In this document: positions 27,899-36,153 of the stretch, one piece after another
How the letters are laid out: each line of letters opens with the position of its first letter
How positions within the stretch are numbered: the stretch's first letter is position 1
Source of the DNA: Polyangia bacterium
Lineage (GTDB): Bacteria > Myxococcota_A > Polyangia > JAAYKL01
Direction of reading: 5' to 3'
NCBI GenBank assembly: GCA_046484285.1
Contig: JAWOBP010000088.1
Location: 726-64,725, forward strand
DNA: 64,000 bases
The notes under the pieces: model-generated
Databases searched by the model: none
The model's input: the letters and a program-made list of their open reading frames with translations, nothing else
What the model was told of the DNA's origin: nothing
Position numbers and translations under genes: made by a program

Positions 27899-28715
27899 TC
27901 GCTCTCTGCCGTGCTCGACGCTCAGCGGCCGAACGGAACGAGGCATTCGTCCGCTCATCGACACCGGCGCGGTGGCTCCCCGCAGGCGAGGCAGGGGCAT
28001 GGTGCTGGAAGTCCGGGATATCGCCGCCGTCTCCGCTTTTTACGAAAAGCTGTTTCCGCATGGGAATGTCGCGCCGAGCTCCGAGGACGGCACCTCCCCG
28101 GCTCCGCGGGGCGAGGCGGTCGCGTTGTTTCGAGACGCCAAACGGGCCCGCTCGGCCGCCGCAGAGCCGGTTCTGCTTCGCGCCGCGGGAGAAGCGAGGG
28201 CCGTTCGCGGAGAGGCGAGCATCGACTTGTGCGAGCTGACGCGGGCCGCGGGCGCCGCCTGTCTGCTGGTGGACGACCGGCCGGGCTGGTGCCTGCAAGG
28301 GACGGTCGCGGTGATCGAGAACCTCGAGGTCTTTTTGAGCTTCGAAAAGCTGCGGACCCGGGCGTCGACGGCGCTCTACTCCGCCGGGAGGCTTTCGCGC
28401 CGCGTGCGGAGCTGGCTGGCGTCGGACGAGATGAGGAGCTGCGACTACCTTCACTGCGGAGACTACGATCCGGTTGGTCTCGACGAGTACCTGCGATTGA
28501 GAGACGAGCTCGGCTCGCGGGTGGAGCTTCATCTTCCCCCTTGCATCGAGGCGCTTTTCCGCCGCTACGGAAAGCGAGAGCTGTTGCGCGATTCGCCCGC
28601 GATCCTGGCCCGTCTGCGGCGGGTCGATCTTCCTTCGATCCGCCGGGTGGTGAGTCTCATGGACGAGACGGGCTGCGGCCTGGAGCAGGAAGCGCTGCTG
28701 CTGGACCGGCCGTGA
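27855..28715 (+). CDS. Toprim-domain protein (JetD/MksG position), compact 286 aa
   Basis: The Toprim acidic residues are VAVIENLEVF (Glu codon at 28317) and HCGDYDPVGL (DxD at 28461-28469), with the spacing expected of a Toprim fold. The gene overlaps the 3' end of the SMC-like gene by 44 nt. Confidence 0.7.
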   Translation: MSSGIHRALSRLIADRSLPCSTLSGRTERGIRPLIDTGAVAPRRRGRGMVLEVRDIAAVSAFYEKLFPHGNVAPSSEDGTSPAPRGEAVALFRDAKRARSAAAEPVLLRAAGEARAVRGEASIDLCELTRAAGAACLLVDDRPGWCLQGTVAVIENLEVFLSFEKLRTRASTALYSAGRLSRRVRSWLASDEMRSCDYLHCGDYDPVGLDEYLRLRDELGSRVELHLPPCIEALFRRYGKRELLRDSPAILARLRRVDLPSIRRVVSLMDETGCGLEQEALLLDRP

Positions 28716-28750
28716 GATCGGACTTCAGTGGCGCCTCCCGGGCTCTCCGG

Positions 28751-28831
28751 CCAATCGGATCATTGCATCAGTGGGTGGGACTGCTCCAGCGCTGATATGG
28801 GGTTTGCTCTGCCGGAGCTGATTCCGATTGG
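28751..28831. terminator. long imperfect hairpin between the convergent Toprim gene and helicase gene
   Basis: CCAATCGGA (28751-28759) pairs with TCCGATTGG (28823-28831) and extends to 12 bp with one bulge. The loop is 63 nt. Function is unknown. Confidence 0.2.
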
Positions 28832-28838
28832 CAGCGTA

Positions 28839-31244
28839 TCACCGGCGAGATCGACGTCCGCTGTCACGGCTGAGACGACCCTCGGCGCCGCAAGCGTCGG
28901 TGAGGTCGTCGTGTTCCCAAAAGCCTTGCAGCAGCTCTTTCAGCTGCTCGGGGCCTTTCACCGGCTCTCGGTGGGACCAGTGCTCGGGCAGCAGGCCGGC
29001 GAAGTCGGGGCGCCCGAAGCGCTCGTCGATCAGCAACAGCGCCCCGCGGTCGGTGGCCGATCGGATCACCCGGCCCGCGGCCTGCATGACGCGTCCGATT
29101 CCGGGGTAGGCGTAGGCGAAGGCGAAACCGTCTCCCTCGCTTCTGGCAAAGTGGGCTCGGATCCGCTCGCGCTCCGGGCCGACCGCGGGCAGGCCCACGC
29201 TGACCACCGCGGCTCCGGAGAGCCGATCGCCGACCAGGTCGATCCCCTCTCCGAAGACGCCGCCCATCACGGCGAAGCCCAGCAGCGGCCGCTCGTCCCC
29301 GAGCTCGGTGAGGAAGTCGTGGCGCGCCCGCTCGTCCATCTCGCGGTCTTGAGCGACGCAGCGCACCTCCGGATGGCTGCTGCGAAAGCCGTCGAACAGC
29401 ATCCGCAGGTAGTCGTGGGACGGCAAAAAGGTCAGGTAGTTTCCCGGCCTCGCCGCGATCAGCGCGCGGATCAGATCCGCGACTTCGATCAACGAGCGCC
29501 GGCGTGCGCGGTAGCTGACCGGCGTGCGATCCGCGACTGCGATGCAGAGGTTTCGCGCGGGAAAAGGAGAGGGGATCGAAAGCAGCTCGGCCCCTTCGCC
29601 GGCTCCGAGCGTGCGCGCGTGATAGGCGAGCGGAGTCAACGTCCCGGAGAAGAAGATCGCCGGGCGGCGCCCCAGCGCGGCGTCGATCTCGGCGGATGGG
29701 TCCAGGCACAGCAGGCGCAAAGCGCCGTTCCTTCCCCGGCTGGTCGCAAGCGCCGCGTAGCGTCCCTCCGTCGCGGCCCGGGCGCGATTGGAAAACGCCA
29801 TCGCGCGAAACCTGAGCTCGCCGATCGCGGCACAGCCACCCGCCGTGGGATGCTCCCACAGCGCCGATCTGGCCGCGACGCAGAATCGATCCGCGGCGTC
29901 CAGCAGCTCTGCCGGGACCGCGTCCAGCTCGCGGGTCTTCTTCTCGCTCGCCTCTTTGCAACAACGCGCCAGCGCGCCGCCGAGCGCGTCCAGGCAGCGT
30001 AGCAGCTCGCGGCCGAGACCGTCGGATTCGGATCGAGCGGCCCGAATCCGGGCGGTGTCGAGCTCGACCGAGAGCATCTCCCGAGCGCGGTCGACCAGGT
30101 TGTGCGCCTCGTCGACCAGCAGCGCCCTTGCGGCGGCGCCGGGCGAGCGCATCACCTTGGGGCTGACCGAGGGATCGAAGGCGTAGTTGACGTCGCCGAC
30201 CACAAGGTCCATCCACGGCACCGCCTCCAGTGAGAGCAGAAACGGGCAGACTCGGTGCCGAGCCGCCACGCGCTCGACAGGTGCGGGACCAGAATCCGCC
30301 GCGGAGAACAGCTCGCCCAGCGCGCCGCGCAGGCGGTCGAAGTGGCCGGCCGCCAACGGGCAATCGCCCGCGTCGCAGGCGCTGCCCGGGTGCGGGCAGA
30401 TTCGGAAGCGCGCGACCAGCTGGAGCCACTTGAGGCGCGCGCCGGATTCGCGCAGGGCCGATATCGTTTCGGCCACCGGGGCGCGACCCGTGTTGCGCGC
30501 CGTGAGGTACAGGATCTGCTCTGAGCTCGATTTGGGAAGCGCGCTCAGAGCCCCGTGGAGCGCCGCAGCGGTTTTACCGATCCCGGTCGGGGCCTCGCTC
30601 AGCAGGCGGCCGGATCTCAGCACGGCGCGACGCGCGGCCGCGGAAAGATCGAGCTGACCGGGGCGCGGGCGGGGGTGCACAAAGCCCAGGTTGCGAAGCG
30701 AGCGGTCGCGCTCGCGGCGCCAGTCGGTGACTGTGTGCAGCCAGTCGAGGTAGGTCGACACGGCGCGCGTCAACAGATCGTCGAGCTGCTCGCGGGAGAT
30801 CGTCCGCTCGAAGGTGCGGACCTCGAGCGTCTCCAAGTGCAGGTAGGTCAGGCGCGTCTCGACGCGAGGCAGGTCTTCCTCTGCGGCCAGCAGAGCGGCG
30901 TACAGCAGGAGCTGCGCCCAGTGCTGCGGGTGATCGTCCCTCCCGATCAGCACCAGCGGCCTGAGCACGGTCTTGATCTCGTGCACGACCGCCGTGGAGC
31001 CGCGCCGGTCCACGCCGTCCGCGCGTCCGCCGACCAGCAGCCGGATACCGCCTCGCTCCCAGGCGTCCTCGAGGCGCACCTCGCTCTCCACGCCGTCGGG
31101 CAAAGAGCGTTGCAGCAGGCGATGGCCGTGGCCGCCCTCCGCGTACGTCGGCGCGAGCCCGCCGCCGCTGCTCAGGTCGCCGCGCGCCAGCGAGAAGCGC
31201 GCCAGCTCGCGAACGGAGACGGAGATCAGGCCGTTGGAAGGCAT
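28839..31244 (-). CDS. fusion of an N-terminal PD-(D/E)XK (Cas4/AddB-like) nuclease domain with an XPD/DinG-family Fe-S helicase
   Basis: The N-terminal part reads SVRELARFSL.RGDL...GHGHRL...VHEIKT (nuclease-like D/ExK). The helicase has Walker A APTGIGKT, a four-Cys cluster (CPHPGSACDAGDC...HRVCP) and the DEAH box LLVDEAHNL. The C-terminal part is RecA2-like (VMGGVFGEGIDL...AAGRVIRS). Confidence 0.75.
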   Translation of the reverse strand: MPSNGLISVSVRELARFSLARGDLSSGGGLAPTYAEGGHGHRLLQRSLPDGVESEVRLEDAWERGGIRLLVGGRADGVDRRGSTAVVHEIKTVLRPLVLIGRDDHPQHWAQLLLYAALLAAEEDLPRVETRLTYLHLETLEVRTFERTISREQLDDLLTRAVSTYLDWLHTVTDWRRERDRSLRNLGFVHPRPRPGQLDLSAAARRAVLRSGRLLSEAPTGIGKTAAALHGALSALPKSSSEQILYLTARNTGRAPVAETISALRESGARLKWLQLVARFRICPHPGSACDAGDCPLAAGHFDRLRGALGELFSAADSGPAPVERVAARHRVCPFLLSLEAVPWMDLVVGDVNYAFDPSVSPKVMRSPGAAARALLVDEAHNLVDRAREMLSVELDTARIRAARSESDGLGRELLRCLDALGGALARCCKEASEKKTRELDAVPAELLDAADRFCVAARSALWEHPTAGGCAAIGELRFRAMAFSNRARAATEGRYAALATSRGRNGALRLLCLDPSAEIDAALGRRPAIFFSGTLTPLAYHARTLGAGEGAELLSIPSPFPARNLCIAVADRTPVSYRARRRSLIEVADLIRALIAARPGNYLTFLPSHDYLRMLFDGFRSSHPEVRCVAQDREMDERARHDFLTELGDERPLLGFAVMGGVFGEGIDLVGDRLSGAAVVSVGLPAVGPERERIRAHFARSEGDGFAFAYAYPGIGRVMQAAGRVIRSATDRGALLLIDERFGRPDFAGLLPEHWSHREPVKGPEQLKELLQGFWEHDDLTDACGAEGRLSRDSGRRSRR

Positions 31245-31258
31245 CTTCTATTTTCGCG

Positions 31259-32542
31259 TCAGACCAGCACGCGCTCGATCCGCGCCCCGAGCCTGCGCAG
31301 CCGCTCGTCGATCTCCTCGTAACCGCGGTCGATCTGTCGGATGTTGTGGATCACGGAGCGGCCCCTGGCGCGCAGCGCGGCGATCAGCAGCGCCATTCCG
31401 GCGCGGATGTCAGGGCTGGACAGCTCGCGGCCGTAGAGGTTGGAGGGGCCGATCACAACCGCCCGGTGGGGGTCGCAAAGCACGATCTTGGCCCCCATCG
31501 AGATCAGGCTGTCGACGAAAAACAGGCGGCTTTCGAACATCTTCTCGTGGACGAGCACGGTGCCCCGGCACTGGGTGGCGGTGACCACGGCGATCGAGGT
31601 CAGGTCCGCTGGAAAGCCGGGCCAGGGAGCGTCGTCGATCTGCGGGATAGCGCCCCCGATGTCGCACTGCACCTCGAGTTGCTGGCCGGCGGGCACGGTC
31701 AGCCTGTCGTTCTCCAGCCTGGTCTCGAGGCCCATCTTGCGAAATGCCATGCGGATCATGCGCAGGTTTTCTGACTCCACGTTGCGGATCGAGATCTCAC
31801 CGCCGGTCACCGCGGCCAGACCGATGAAGCTGCCGATCTCGATGTGGTCGCTCATGATGCGATGCTCGGCCGTGCCGAGCGAGCCGACGCCGCGCACGGT
31901 CAGCACGTTGCTGCCGATACCCTCGATGTGCGCGCCCATCGCGTTGAGGAAGCGACACAGCCCCTGCACGTGGGGCTCGCAGGCCGCGTTGTAGATCACC
32001 GACTCGCCGTCGGCGGTGGCCGCGGCCATCACTGCGTTTTCGGTGGCCATCACCGACGCCTCGTCGAGGAAGATCTCGGTGCCCTTCAGCCCGTTCGGCG
32101 CGGTCAGGATGTACGAGCCGGAGATGTCGACCACGGCGCCGAGCTCTTGCAGCGCCAGCATGTGCGTGTCCAGCCTGCGTCTGCCGATCCGGTCGCCGCC
32201 GGGCTTGGGCAGTGTGATATGTCCGCGACGCGCAAGCATCGGACCGGCCAGCAGAAAAGAGGCCCGGACTCTCGCGCAGAGGCGCTGGTCGGGTTCGGCG
32301 CTGGCCACCCGCGTGGTGTCGACCCGCAGGTCGCGCTCGCCGATCGACTCCACCTCCGCGCCGAGGTTCTTGAGGATCTTGATCGTGGTACCGATATCGC
32401 CGATGCGCGGGACGTTGCGCAGGACGACCGGGCCGCCGGCCAGCAGAGTGGCGGCCAGCACCGGGAGAGCCTCGTTCTTGTTGCCCGCCGGGTTGAGCTC
32501 GCCCGAGAGCGGAAACCCTCCCTCGACTATGAAGCTTCCCAT
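31259..32542 (-). CDS. murA: UDP-N-acetylglucosamine 1-carboxyvinyltransferase
   Basis: [31 protein letters not shown]...CDIGG...PGFPADL...RGYE.IDERL is the full-length MurA pattern. Its stop lies 14 nt upstream of the helicase start on the same strand. Confidence 0.93.
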   Translation of the reverse strand: MGSFIVEGGFPLSGELNPAGNKNEALPVLAATLLAGGPVVLRNVPRIGDIGTTIKILKNLGAEVESIGERDLRVDTTRVASAEPDQRLCARVRASFLLAGPMLARRGHITLPKPGGDRIGRRRLDTHMLALQELGAVVDISGSYILTAPNGLKGTEIFLDEASVMATENAVMAAATADGESVIYNAACEPHVQGLCRFLNAMGAHIEGIGSNVLTVRGVGSLGTAEHRIMSDHIEIGSFIGLAAVTGGEISIRNVESENLRMIRMAFRKMGLETRLENDRLTVPAGQQLEVQCDIGGAIPQIDDAPWPGFPADLTSIAVVTATQCRGTVLVHEKMFESRLFFVDSLISMGAKIVLCDPHRAVVIGPSNLYGRELSSPDIRAGMALLIAALRARGRSVIHNIRQIDRGYEEIDERLRRLGARIERVLV

Positions 32543-32704
32543 CTCACCTCCAAGACGCACCTGAACAGTCGCACAGTCCGGCCGGCGAGTTCAAGGCCGA
32601 ATCCGCTGCGCGCAGGGCCGACCGGCGGTTTTGCAACGCGCGTCGAGGCCCGGTTATGCCGCCCGTCTTGCACGGCGGGGCGCTTGCCGTTACAGAATCG
32701 GGTG

Positions 32705-33031
32705 ATGAGTGCTCGACGACCGGTATTGGCCGTCGCGGCGATCGTGGCGATCCTGGGCGGCGCCGCGCCACCGCAGGCGGTTTTCGCGGATCGGGGGCAG
32801 GACCCGGCGCTTGAGTCCGGCATGCCCGGCAGCGAGAAGAACGATCCGCTCTCCGTGGAGCAGCGCCTGCATCTGCGCCGGTTGGCCGAGCTGGCCAAAA
32901 TTCGAGTTGTCGCCAGGCAGACGAGCGACAGCGAGCTGCTCGAGGAGGCCACGGCGCTCGGAGGTCGCGAGCGCTGGAGGCACAGGCAGGTGCTGTTCCG
33001 CCTGGCCGCGGGCGAGGAGGAATCCCGATGA
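32705..33031 (+). CDS. small secreted protein
   Basis: MSARRPVLAVAAIVAILGGAAPPQAVFA is a signal peptide. This is the 3' part of track ORF 31844..33031, in frame. Confidence 0.5.
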   Translation: MSARRPVLAVAAIVAILGGAAPPQAVFADRGQDPALESGMPGSEKNDPLSVEQRLHLRRLAELAKIRVVARQTSDSELLEEATALGGRERWRHRQVLFRLAAGEEESR

Positions 33032-33372
33032 CCCGCCTGGTCTGTATCTGCGCGCTGCTGGTCGCCGCGGGAGGGTGCGGAGGGGAGGCCGACGATGGCT
33101 CGACACCGGAGGTCCGGCAAGCGCGGGCCGACGGCGGCGGAGCAGATCCCGCTGCCGCCGTGGACGACGCCTCGGAGCAGGACCTGGTGAGCCGCGCTGC
33201 GGAGGAAGTGCAAGGCGGGCTGGAGCCGCAGGAGCTCGAGGCACTGCGTCAACTCTACGATCGTCACGCCGAGAAGACCATTTCGCGCCGCAACGCGGCC
33301 GAGAGGCTCGAACAGCTGACCGAAGAGGTGGACCTGGACATCGAGAATCTGTTTTCGAACGGCACGCCCTAG
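33028..33372 (+). CDS. small lipoprotein
   Basis: Lipobox LLVAAGGC. It has an ATGA overlap with the preceding small gene. Confidence 0.55.
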   Translation: MTRLVCICALLVAAGGCGGEADDGSTPEVRQARADGGGADPAAAVDDASEQDLVSRAAEEVQGGLEPQELEALRQLYDRHAEKTISRRNAAERLEQLTEEVDLDIENLFSNGTP

Positions 33373-33381
33373 ATCTGTGCG

Positions 33382-34068
33382 TCAGAGACGACGCGGGCCG
33401 GGATTACTGCGGCGCTTGCGACGGCGGCCGCGTTTTGCTTCGCGCTGCTCGAAGGACTGGCCGAAAAGGAAGATGCGCGAGCGCTCCGGCAGCCGCAGGC
33501 GGCGCAAGGGGCTCGACGGACGCAGCTCCGGGCGCTGCGAGGTGTCCAGGGTGATCACCAGCTCTTCGCCGGGCTCGCCTTCCAGCGCGAGCTGGGCGAC
33601 TCCCGCCTCGTTCGTGGCGGCGACCTTTCGGCCGTTGAGCAGCACGGGCAGCTCGGCGCGACCGTCCGTGCGGACCGCGAGCAGATGGGCGCGAGAGGTC
33701 GGAGCGCAGACGAAGTCCGTCTCGATCGGAACCGGTTCCACTTTGCCGTCGACACCGATCCGTCGCAGGCGTCGCAGGCGGAGCTGTTGCATCTCGTCGT
33801 CCTCGGGCGCGCTTCCCGGCGGGCAGCCGACGCCGACCCGCACAAGGCGACCCTCGGCGCCCCGCAGCCGAGCGGCGAACGTTCCCTCGGCGTCGGTCTC
33901 GCCGCGTTTTTCCCCGTCGATCGCAACGACCGCGCCGGCGACCGGCTGGTCGAGGTGATCGGTCACGGAAACCGAGAGCAGGACCGGCAGCGGCTCTTTG
34001 CGATCCACCGAGCCGCACGCGACGACCGCCAGTGCAAAGAGCAACGTCTTCAACGCGGTGCCCCTCAT
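33382..34068 (-). CDS. lipoprotein with carboxypeptidase-regulatory-like beta-sandwich repeats and a basic tail (gene 5 of the FHA/ATPase module)
   Basis: Lipobox LFALAVVACG. Patterns such as SVTDHLDQPVAGAVVAIDGEKRGETDAEGTF and LLNGRKV.ATNEAGVAQL are present. The C-terminus is RGRRRKRRSNPGPRRL. It has an ATGA overlap with the upstream gene. Confidence 0.6.
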   Translation of the reverse strand: MRGTALKTLLFALAVVACGSVDRKEPLPVLLSVSVTDHLDQPVAGAVVAIDGEKRGETDAEGTFAARLRGAEGRLVRVGVGCPPGSAPEDDEMQQLRLRRLRRIGVDGKVEPVPIETDFVCAPTSRAHLLAVRTDGRAELPVLLNGRKVAATNEAGVAQLALEGEPGEELVITLDTSQRPELRPSSPLRRLRLPERSRIFLFGQSFEQREAKRGRRRKRRSNPGPRRL

Positions 34069-34742
34069 CGCTCCAGCTCCCGCAGGCGGCGCTCCAGCAG
34101 GCGTACCGCCAGCGCCAAATCGCGGTCTTGCGGGTCGCGCCGGGCAAGCGAGCGGTAGGCGGCGAGCGCCTCGGCCAGTCGACCGCCCGCCAGCGCGTCC
34201 ACGGCGTCGGCCAATCCGGCGTCGGCGGCGCCAGGCCTTTGCGGTCGAGGAGCCCGGAGCTCTGGATTCGTGGTTTTTGACTTTGCAGTCGTCGAAGCGG
34301 TGCCGGCATCGGGTCGCGTCTCCAGAGACGGGATCGCGCCCGCGCCGGTGTCGGCCGAGGCGGGATCGCGGCCGAGCGTCAGCAGCGCCAATCCGGCGGC
34401 GACCACCGCGCAGACGGCCAGCGCCAGCGTGCGCCGCGGAATTCCGGCGATCCGACCGGCCAGGGTTTTCAGACCGCGAAGCGCGGAGGGTCGCGGGGCG
34501 TTCCAGGGAGCGGTCACTTCTCCGCTGCGGCGCGCTCCGCGCGGCGGGACGACCTCCACCGTCGTTCGCCGCCGCGCGTCTTTGAAATTGGGCTGTGCTA
34601 CCACGGTCGCGTCCGGCGCGACCGGACCGCCGCTTTGGGAGGCCGGCCTGTACAGGCGGGTCGCCTCCTCCTCCTCCTCCTCCTGCTCCTCCTCCCCGAA
34701 CGGCGGCACGGGATCGGCCGGTTCAGCTCTTTTTCTTGTCAT
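34065..34742 (-). CDS. single-pass membrane protein with acidic N-terminus and TPR-like C-terminus (gene 4 of the module)
   Basis: An EEEQEEEEEE tract, a TM segment LALAVCAVVAAGLALLTL, and a C-terminal helical region ([32 protein letters not shown]). Confidence 0.55.
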   Translation of the reverse strand: MTRKRAEPADPVPPFGEEEQEEEEEEATRLYRPASQSGGPVAPDATVVAQPNFKDARRRTTVEVVPPRGARRSGEVTAPWNAPRPSALRGLKTLAGRIAGIPRRTLALAVCAVVAAGLALLTLGRDPASADTGAGAIPSLETRPDAGTASTTAKSKTTNPELRAPRPQRPGAADAGLADAVDALAGGRLAEALAAYRSLARRDPQDRDLALAVRLLERRLRELER

Positions 34743-35766
34743 CGCTTCTTCCTTTCTTCTTTTTCGACACGAAAACGAGGTCGCCTTTCCGGTTGCGGGC
34801 GAACAGCGTGCGCACCGCCCGATCGCCGCCGCCGCCGCCGTTGCCGGCTACCGCGCAGATCTCACCCACCCGCCGGCGGCCTTCCGGCGTTCGTTCGGCC
34901 TGGACCACGAGATCGACAGCGGACGAGATTTGCGTTCGAAGCGCCTCGAGCGGCAGGCCGCTGTCGGCCATCACGGCCATCGTCTCGATGCGCCGCAGGG
35001 CGTCGCGCGGAGAGTTGGCGTGAACCGTGGTCATCGAGCCCCGGTGACCGGTGTTCATCGCCTGGACCAGATCGATCGCCTCGGCGCCGCGGATCTCGCC
35101 GACGACGATTCGATCGGGGCGCAGGCGCAGCGTGGCCCGCAGCAAATCGCGCAGCGAGACGCGCCCGCGACCGCGGTCATCCGCCGAGCGAGTCTCGAGG
35201 TAGACGACGTGATCCTTTTGCAAGGCCAGCTCCCGTGTATCCTCGAGCACCAGGATCCGCTCGTTGTCAGGAGCGAAGGAGGACAGCGCTCCCAACAGCG
35301 AGGTCTTGCCCGTACCGGTACCTCCCGAGACCACCGTGTTGCGCCCGGCGCGGATCGCGCGACCGAGGAACAGCGTGGCCTCGCGGGTCAGGGATCCCAG
35401 CTCGACCAGGCGTCCCACGGTCAGCGTCGAGCGGGAGAAGCGGCGGATCGCGACCACCGGTCCCCGCTCGGCGATCGGATCGAGCACGGCTTCGAGGCGC
35501 GATCCGTCCGGCAGGTGTGCCTCGAGGATGGGGCGCTCCTCGTCGAACGGCCGTCCGGTGAACTGGGCGATGTTGGTCAGCGCCGCGACCAGCGCCTCGC
35601 GGCTGGGAAATCGCTCGGCCGAGCGCTCGACGCTGCCGCCGCGCTCGATCCAGATGTCATTCCAGCTGTTGATCATCACCTCGCTGACCGAGTCGTCGTC
35701 GAGGTGGGCGCGGATTGGCGCCAAGAAGCCGGCGATCGACTCGCGGAACGCTCCGGCCGGGATCAT
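34723..35766 (-). CDS. type II/IV secretion-family hexameric ATPase (VirB11/CpaF-like), 347 aa
   Basis: Walker A SGGTGTGKTS, Asp box and Walker B ILVLEDTRE, IVVGEIRGAEA, and His box NTGHRGSMTTVHAN. The C-terminal tail is Lys-rich. Confidence 0.85.
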   Translation of the reverse strand: MIPAGAFRESIAGFLAPIRAHLDDDSVSEVMINSWNDIWIERGGSVERSAERFPSREALVAALTNIAQFTGRPFDEERPILEAHLPDGSRLEAVLDPIAERGPVVAIRRFSRSTLTVGRLVELGSLTREATLFLGRAIRAGRNTVVSGGTGTGKTSLLGALSSFAPDNERILVLEDTRELALQKDHVVYLETRSADDRGRGRVSLRDLLRATLRLRPDRIVVGEIRGAEAIDLVQAMNTGHRGSMTTVHANSPRDALRRIETMAVMADSGLPLEALRTQISSAVDLVVQAERTPEGRRRVGEICAVAGNGGGGGDRAVRTLFARNRKGDLVFVSKKKKGRSDDKKKS

Positions 35767-36149
35767 CGCCGCACCTCCCGGGCTCCGGCGCGTTGCGGCG
35801 CGAGGGACTCCTCAAGCGCCGCTGCCAGCGGTTGCAAACTGGGGTGTCCCGGAGAGATCTCGGCGAGCCTTCGCACACTGTCGCGGGCGGCGCGCAGCCG
35901 CCCGGCCCGGACCTGGGCGGCGATCAGGTCGGGCAGCACTTCCCGCTCGGGGGCGCCGCGAGCCAGCGCGGCCTCGAGGTAGAGGCTCGCGCCGAGGTGG
36001 TCTCCCCGCGCGGTCAGGCGCTCGGCGGCTTCGGTCAGGTTCGGCGGATCGGCCGCCGCGTCCGGCCGGCGCGCGACTCCGGCGGCGCATCCGCACAGCA
36101 CGACCAGCGCCAGGCCCGCGGCGATCTTGCAGCTTTCGAATCGATACAT
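35763..36149 (-). CDS. TPR-like lipoprotein (gene 2 of the module)
   Basis: Lipobox LALVVLCGC at an internal ATG (36149), followed by helical repeats. The track ORF upstream of this ATG overlaps the FHA gene, which stops at 36154. Confidence 0.55.
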   Translation of the reverse strand: MYRFESCKIAAGLALVVLCGCAAGVARRPDAAADPPNLTEAAERLTARGDHLGASLYLEAALARGAPEREVLPDLIAAQVRAGRLRAARDSVRRLAEISPGHPSLQPLAAALEESLAPQRAGAREVRR

Positions 36150-36153
36150 CTCT

